NCBI GenBank assembly: GCA_951406725.2
Contig: OX597830.1
Coordinates: 74,586,001 to 74,650,000 of the forward strand
Source of the DNA: Octopus vulgaris
Lineage: Eukaryota
Length of the DNA stretch: 64,000 bases
Direction: 5' to 3'
Part shown: piece after piece, positions 55,419 to 64,000 of the stretch
How positions within the stretch are numbered: position 1 is the stretch's first letter
Layout: every line of letters begins with the position of its first letter
Program-made: the position numbers and the translations under genes
The notes under the pieces: model-generated
What the model was told of the DNA's origin: nothing
Seen by the model: the letters and a program-made list of their open reading frames with translations, nothing else
The model's database searches: none

Positions 55419-55952
55419 ATCAGTAATGTCGATAGATTGATATCTGACGATCCTCATGCACAACTGATGAATTTTCTTCACATACCCAGGGGTGAAGCAC
55501 GTGCCAGGGGCTCATCGTCTTCCAGGGCAATTCTTCCGTTTTTGCGGTGCCCGGGTCACATCAAGCATTGCGTACGACCCACTGCCTCGTCGCTGTAAGC
55601 TTGCCAAACTATACACAATGTCTCTGTAGCAGACATTCCAAGTTTAACGCCGAATGACCCGTTAGTTCCTTGTTCCAGCTTCCTGTCCCTGTTGAAATCG
55701 CCGACTACAGCATACACGTGATCCCCAAAACCACAAAATTTACATGTGAAGTAAATACAGCGATATCGTTCGTCACTCTGCCTCGTGAAGGTCACTACTA
55801 GCTCTCACTGTGCAAATTACCGTATGCTGCCATCTGTTGGCGCGCTACAGAACTAGTCCGGGAACAGAATACTTCATATATATGTATAATGAAAGAATAT
55901 ATATATTTTCTATACAAACAGGTAGACATGAACACACACACATATATATACA

Positions 55953-55998
<46 letters not shown>

Positions 55999-56046
55999 CA
56001 TACATATATATACACATATATATATATATACGTACATACATATATA

Positions 56047-56077
<31 letters not shown>

Positions 56078-56707
56078 AAAGAGTAAGAGAGAGCGTGAGA
56101 GAGAGAGAGAGAAATGTAGAGAAGTATCATATATATACCAACATACAGAGCTGTGTGTGTGTGTGTGCAAATGTGTGTGTATATATATATATATTACATA
56201 TATGTATTTACACATAAGTGCAGCAGCCACCTTGCAGTCTATATATATATATATATGTTGCTATGTATGCTTATATTCAAATATATATACACATAATTAT
56301 GCAAGCATGCAAATTTATTTACACACAAATACACACACACACACACACACGCACACTAAACTAAGATACGCGTAGAAGTTACAGCTTGAATTTGATATCT
56401 TTATATATATAAGTAAGCGTATATCAGCTTTTGCATGTATGTGTTTGAGTGTGAGGTAGTGTAAGCAACTTTCGGAAACAATTACGGCTATATAAACGCA
56501 AGAGAATATATATACATGTGTATAGGCATGCGTACATGTATGGCGTCCGTAGCATTTTGTTTTTGTCTTCTATGTACGTTTGACATGTAACGAAAGTAGA
56601 AAATTGCTTGAATATAAAAAATATGTGATGCAGTAAAACTTGAGTCCCTTTAATAACACATTTCAATACAACGGGTCTATATATTTGGTGAGAGTAGGTA
56701 CCTGCAA

Positions 56708-56757
<50 letters not shown>

Positions 56758-56814
56758 GTTTATATATTTGTTGTGCAAGATTTTTTATGTATATAGATAG
56801 ATAGATAGATAGAT

Positions 56815-56882
<68 letters not shown>

Positions 56883-56901
56883 AAGGAAACGGCAGATGGA
56901 C

Positions 56902-56945
<44 letters not shown>

Positions 56946-57068
56946 TCAAACACATTTATAAATGCATATAATATAGACTTGTATGAATATGTATAGTACA
57001 TGTATGTATATAGTGAAGTATTTCTATGCTTATATACAGAAGCATAATATATTTAAATATACATGTAT

Positions 57069-57105
<37 letters not shown>

Positions 57106-57613
57106 GATATATATATATACGCATATATGTGTGTGTGTATGTGTATTTATGTGTGTGTCTTTGTATGCATGCATGTGTTTGTATAAATGTTTGTACAAAG
57201 ATAGTGGGCGTGAGAGAGACATGGACACCTTTACACACACTTAAACATAGGCATTCACACACACACAGACAGGAATCTGAGCGTCAGTGTAGGGCTTGCA
57301 CGCACAAACTTCGTACTTTTACGAAAACTGAAAGGCGCTAACCTATCGTTTTCTTAGTTAAATCTTACACTTTCCACGTGAAGGTGCTTTTAGACATACG
57401 ACAATAATCTCTACGGTGAGTGTCCAGGTGAAGAGTTCGAATCTCATTAACGTCTTGGTAGAATACATGATCGATATATTTCCATCTTATTTATCTGTTC
57501 GCATTCAAAAATTAAAGAAAGTCACAAATATTTTAGGGATTCAACGAGTTCTGCATTTACTCTCGCTTACACGCGTTTAATTTTATTGGATACACACACA
57601 CACACACACAGAC

Positions 57614-57648
<35 letters not shown>

Positions 57649-57879
57649 CACATACACACACACACATACTTATGCATAAATTATTATATCAACTCCATTT
57701 TCTTCATTTCATTTAACTGAATTTGAACTTTATATACATACACACTCATATATATGCATATATATATACACATATATATACACACACTCACATACCTTTA
57801 CCTACATATATATATATGTAGATATATGTGTATGTGGGTACCTAGGCAGATAGAAAGATAGATAGATAGATAGATAGAC

Positions 57880-57963
<84 letters not shown>

Positions 57964-58254
57964 GACAGTCTGGTAAGCAGATCCTTCCGGACGTCCGATA
58001 ATCTTTCCTTTCTTTTTTCTTTTACATTTGCTTGTTTTAGACGTCTGACTGCGGCCATGCTGGAGCACTGCCTTCACTCGAACAAATCAACCCCAGGACT
58101 TATTCTTTGTAAACCTAGTACCTATTCTATCGTTTTCTTTTGCGGAGCCGGCTAAGTTGCGGAGACGTAAACACACCAACATCGGTTGTCAAGCGATGGT
58201 GGAGAGACAAATACAGACACACAAGTACATACATATAAGTACACGCACACAAAT

Positions 58255-58287
<33 letters not shown>

Positions 58288-58925
58288 CATATATACATAT
58301 ATATACGACGGGCTTTCAGTTTCTGTCTACCAAATCCATTCAGAAGGCTTTGGACGGTCCGAGGCTTTGGTCAGTCCGAGGCTTTAGTACAAGGCACTTG
58401 CTCAAGTTGCTACGCAGTGAGACTGAACCTGGAACTATGTGGTAGATGGAGAAGCAAGCCCCTTACCACACACCCACCCCTGCGCCTCCGCACAGACACT
58501 CCAGCGCTTCCACACAATCACTCCTGCGCCTCTTTGCATAGATCGTTTGGATTCTTTACTAAGTTCAATTCCCACCAAATACAACCTCCCGTGTTATCCT
58601 AACTTGTTATATATACACATGTCCTATTCTGGGAGACTCCCTCTTTTTCATTCATTCACTCACTCACTTCCCTTTTCTGTACCCCACTATTAGACATTCT
58701 CCGTAGTCTGTGTTACTGAACGATGGCCTCTGCCTATTCAAAATACTATATGACCCATGTTTTCCGTATCATGACAGCGCTGTAAACGACACTACCCTGC
58801 ACAAATGCATCTCGCACACACACACATACAAGCGAACACTCGCGCGCGGGCACAAAGCCAGTTATGTATGTTTATTTCTCTCTCTCTCTCTTTGTCTCTC
58901 TCTATCTTTCTATCTGTCTATCTAC

Positions 58926-58999
<74 letters not shown>

Positions 59000-59013
59000 G
59001 TCTGACTGACTGA

Positions 59014-59076
<63 letters not shown>

Positions 59077-59209
59077 AATACACACACAGAAAAGTATATA
59101 TATACACACACAAACATACACACACAGAAAAGTATATATATCAAGTACTTGTATGCATCTCTCTCTTTCTCTCTCTCTCTCACACACTTACTATCTATTT
59201 ATATCTATC

Positions 59210-59251
<42 letters not shown>

Positions 59252-60091
59252 AATACAATGCATATATATATATACACACGCAAATATATGGGTGTGTTTG
59301 TTTGTTCATCTGTAACAGTCCTTTGTAAACACCTATCCCTTTGCACAACCTACTATTAAATTCTTTTATATATATTTATGAATACACAAATGCATAAGTG
59401 TTTATGCATTGACACATTGCAGTTGCTCTCTCTCTCTCTCTCTTTCTCTCTCTGTTGTTCCTGCAGGTCTTGCTGTGGTGGCGGAGGCGGTCGTCTTTAT
59501 TTATTGTTGTCTGTGTTGTGGTAGAGTAGATTGTTATGTTGGTGTGGTTGCATTTGCTGCACTTGTTGTTTTGGTGTTGGTCTTTTTCAGATATCCTCTT
59601 AGTGCGCACGATCAAAAGAGATTGCTGTAATCGGCGAAACTCCCGTCTTGTTATCCTATATGTACTTCCTTTTATGTAAAGGTAGCAAGAGATAAATTGA
59701 AACGAGAATTAGCTTTTATTTCTAGCATGTCAACCGAACGGAAACACCAACTTTTACGCCTTTAGATATTTAATGTGTGTGCGGCGTGTGGATGTGGATG
59801 TGGGTGTGTGTCTGTGTGCCTCTGTGTAATGTGTATGTGTTTGTGTTTGTGTTTGTGTGTGAAGACGCGCGCTTTATTATTTACGGTGTTATTCACAGCA
59901 TTACGTCCTAAGTTTTATGGGTTCGATTCACAGATGTGCAACACACTTTATTTCATATTGTTCCATTCTATTCAGCTGGCAAAAATGGGTTGTATCTGTA
60001 ATTTAAAGGATGCTAAATGTGCATATATACATACATACATACATACATACATATACATATACATATATATATATATATATACACACACATA

Positions 60092-60123
<32 letters not shown>

Positions 60124-60199
60124 CGTATGTATGTATGTATGTATGTATGTAAGTATGCATATATTTATGTATGTATGCATGTATATATATACATATATA

Positions 60200-60235
<36 letters not shown>

Positions 60236-61031
60236 TGTATGCATATATTTATGTATGTATATATGTATGTATGTATATATATATATACTCTGTTCTTTTA
60301 CTTGTTCCAGTTATTTGACTGCGGCCATGCTGGGGCGCCGCTTTTAGTCGAGTAAATCGACCCCAGGACTTATTATTTGTAAGCGTAGTAGTTATTCTAT
60401 CGATCTCTTTTGCCGAACCGATAAGTTACGGGTATGTAAACACACCAGCATCGGTTGTTAAGCAATGTTAGCTGGACAAACATATAAAATGTACTTCTTC
60501 AATATTTAACTACAGATGGAAGCCACATTGTGGTTCTTAGCAATAAAATTAACCACCAACTTTTTTTTCTGACACCTGTCATGAGTGAGGTTACATAAAA
60601 CGAACAGGTCGTGACTGGATCTTCGTCGGTTGCTTGGATGATTGTCTCGGTTAGTTGCTCAACTGAAAAAACCTAGTTACGCAAGTAAGGAAAACATCAA
60701 AAAAGCACGTGTACCAGTAATATGCCTGAGGGGTACTGCAGTTTTACTAAGCCCTGTAAAAGAACTCAGAGGGTTGGGTTCCGACCAGGTCTTTCGGGAA
60801 CTTTTCAGCTTCTCCTCGTAAGCAGAATCGACGCGATACGAGGTATTACATAGTTGGGTCTCTATATCACAAGCGTGGTTGTATTGCGTCGTGAAGAAGC
60901 ATGCTTCCCAGCTATGTGACGTGGTGTTCAGTACCAAAGCGGAGCACTTTAACTTGGGTGTTTTCTACTCGAGCCCCGGGTCGACCAAAAGCTTGTGAGT
61001 GGATTTCGATGACAGTAAATGAAAGTCCATC

Positions 61032-61103
<72 letters not shown>

Positions 61104-61136
61104 CACTCTCTCCCCCCTCTCTCTCTATATATATAT

Positions 61137-61184
61137 ATATGTAAATATATATACATAAAATACTTATATGTATATGTAAATATG

Positions 61185-61232
<48 letters not shown>

Positions 61233-61268
61233 CATATACATATAAGTATTTTATGTATATATATTTAC

Positions 61269-61272
<4 letters not shown>
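61137..61272. repeat. Perfect inverted repeat (arms over 40 bp) around a (TA)n spacer
   Basis: gtaaatatatatacataaaatacttatatgtatatgtaaata and its exact reverse complement. Confidence 0.85.
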
Positions 61273-61301
<29 letters not shown>

Positions 61302-62291
61302 TTTAAGTATATTTATACATATATGTATAAGCATATTATATATGTATATATATAAGTACGTATATTTGTGTATGTATGTATATATATATATATATAGAGA
61401 GAGAGAGATAGAGATAGATAGACAGATATATACATATAGATATATATATATATATAAACAGGTATGTATATATACATATACACAATTATATGTATATATA
61501 TAGTGTTTCTCTTCGTTGTTCTGCGTTTATCCCCAGCCACTAATTGAAAACTATCGTTGTTTTTTTTCCGTCTCCGTACCTCAGTGGGTCGGCATAAGTA
61601 ACCGATAGAAAAAGTTACCAGACTTTAGGAATTATGAGAACTGAAGTCAATTTGTTAGACTAAAATCCTCGAGGCAGTGCTCCAGTATGAACGCAGGGCA
61701 TCGATCGAAATAAATAAAAACACAAACGGGGCAGTGGAACCGAGGGGCTCCCATACAAGGTTTTCTCCGAGTAGGGACTAGGTGGGTGGGAGATTTCGCC
61801 AACTTGCACTACGGGGAGTTGCTCTGTAGAAGGCCAAACCCCAGCCCTTTCAGGGTGACCAGGCCACATCATAACTCTGGATCTTGCCTTCGTTTTTCAT
61901 AAGAAAACAAAATAAGCGCACACAGATGCGCGCGCGGCCACACACGCACACACACACACACACCTGCGCGCTTACACACATATATACACATTGAGACTGC
62001 AAAATATAGACACACAGGTACATATATAAAACGAAGTTTAGACAAGAACTGAGTCTTCACCGGACCCCTACGAGCTGTTTTAAAGATAACACACACACAC
62101 ACACACACACACACATGCACACACACACTCACAAACACACTCGCATGCACACATACAGTCATAAACACAAAACACGCACGCACACATATATAATTCCACA
62201 CGGGCACACACACACTCGCAATCACATATACTGTCGTAAATACATATATATCAATATAATTTCACATGTGCGCACACACATATACACACAT

Positions 62292-62352
<61 letters not shown>

Positions 62353-63375
62353 CGCATTTTATTCTCATAGACGTAAATACAGTACACATACAAACACCCT
62401 CTCATTTGCATAGTAAAACATGCAGACACACACAAACACACACGCACAACCATAAACGCATACACACACCCAAAGTCACATACAGACATCAAAAATGATA
62501 TATGCAAACACACACAATCACACAATTACGATCAAGCGCACACGTTCATACTGCGGATATACTGACACTCTTTCACTCATGTTCACACGTACACACATAC
62601 ATTTATATACACACACAAACTTTCTCTTTTTCTACCTTTCTCACCTTCTCTCCCTCTCTCTCTCTCTCTCTCACACACACACAGTCACACACATTCAGAC
62701 ACACAATAACATACTTGCATACGCACACATTAACACGCACACATACGCACACAAACACACCTGTACATCAACAAATGCCGATAAACAAAGCGGCCTCAAC
62801 GCACTCGCTCGTATTGCTGAAAATAGTAGCAAAATCTTTCGTGTATCTTCTTGCTTAGGCCTAGAAACTGAGGGTCTAGATACATCATAACGGCCCACAA
62901 AAAAGGGTACGCATGGGAGAGTATCAAGGATCATAAATTTAAAAAGTTAAATTATTAAAAACATATACAAACAAACATATAATCGCATACATAGCATACA
63001 GATGCGCATGCATACATACATACATACATACATACATACATACATACATGCATACATACATACATACATATATACATACATACATATATAAATACATACA
63101 TACATACATAAATACATACATGCATACATACATACATACACACATACATAAATACATAAATGCATACATACATATATACAAAAATACATACATGCATACA
63201 TACGTGCATACATACATACATACATACATACATACATACATACATACATACATGCACATGTATACGTCTATGATTTCATATACACAAGCGTTCATAATTG
63301 TGGCTATACCTACATGCACACGTTACATGCGTATATAAATGCATATATTTATAGCATGCTCAAATGCATACATAG

Positions 63376-63419
<44 letters not shown>

Positions 63420-63683
63420 CAATGTATATAAAACCAGGCTCATCATATTCATACACGCAAGCATTCATCCACGCACGCAAAAAATACATATGCATTCAAA
63501 CATACACGCATGCATGCATGTAAGCATGCGTATCAATGGATGCATGTATAAACTAATATATAGTTTCATATCTGAGATGCATGCATGCATGAACATATAT
63601 ATATATATGTATATATATATAAATATATATATATGTATATATATGTATAAATATATGTATATATATATATATATATGTATAAA

Positions 63684-63770
<87 letters not shown>

Positions 63771-64000
63771 ATATATATATATGTATTATTCAAAGGAATT
63801 CCAACTCTGTCTGTTTTGTATGCTTTATTTATATTCTTTATAATATTAATGTAGAATATAGAATATATAGTATAAATAGTATATATATAGTAAAATGAAA
63901 TGAAGTATTGATTGTCTTATTGAATAGATGAAATATTGAATATCAAATATTAAGGGACTAGTATACTTTTTTGCATTAAAGCAGCCTTCAAGGTCCCAGG

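Larger units (their letters stand above)
54187..55876 (-). mobile_element. Old mariner element (decayed transposase), interrupted by a Penelope-like insertion
   Basis: TIR cores cccggactagtt / aactagtccggg. N-terminus VKLGMSATETLCIVWQAYSDEAVGRTQC; C-terminus GFQKWQEFWDRCIAAQGNYFEGDD. Confidence 0.85.

Noticed and set aside
59591-59681. Exon-like segment (tttttcag...AAAG|gtagca)
   Set aside because: All three frames contain stops. It is at most an untranslated exon and is unsupported.

Overview
This is AT-rich animal DNA, intronic or intergenic. The SINE families and very dense (TA)n/(CA)n/(GATA)n/(TACA)n microsatellites suggest an octopus (inference). I found no intact host protein-coding gene, and almost every ORF in the track is a microsatellite or SINE read-through. 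The window is a transposon graveyard: three tRNA-headed SINE families, two mariner pseudogenes, maT-like and pogo-like remnants, CR1-group, RTE, R4-like and Tx1 LINE fragments, and Penelope-derived pieces with minimal hammerhead-like motifs. The most notable signal is two diverged copies (about 20140-21990 minus and 50686-53108 plus) of an ORF1-only, Tx1-like retroelement. It encodes a gag-like protein with a CCHC knuckle and has no endonuclease/RT ORF. Both copies end at the same nucleotide, just after the A-box of the same CORE-type SINE head, so it looks like a non-autonomous, SINE-targeting 'half-Tx1'. A second SINE family carries a Tx1-like 3' tail and repeatedly restarts inside its own head. 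One Penelope family carries both a tRNA-like Pol III module and a hammerhead in its terminal repeat.
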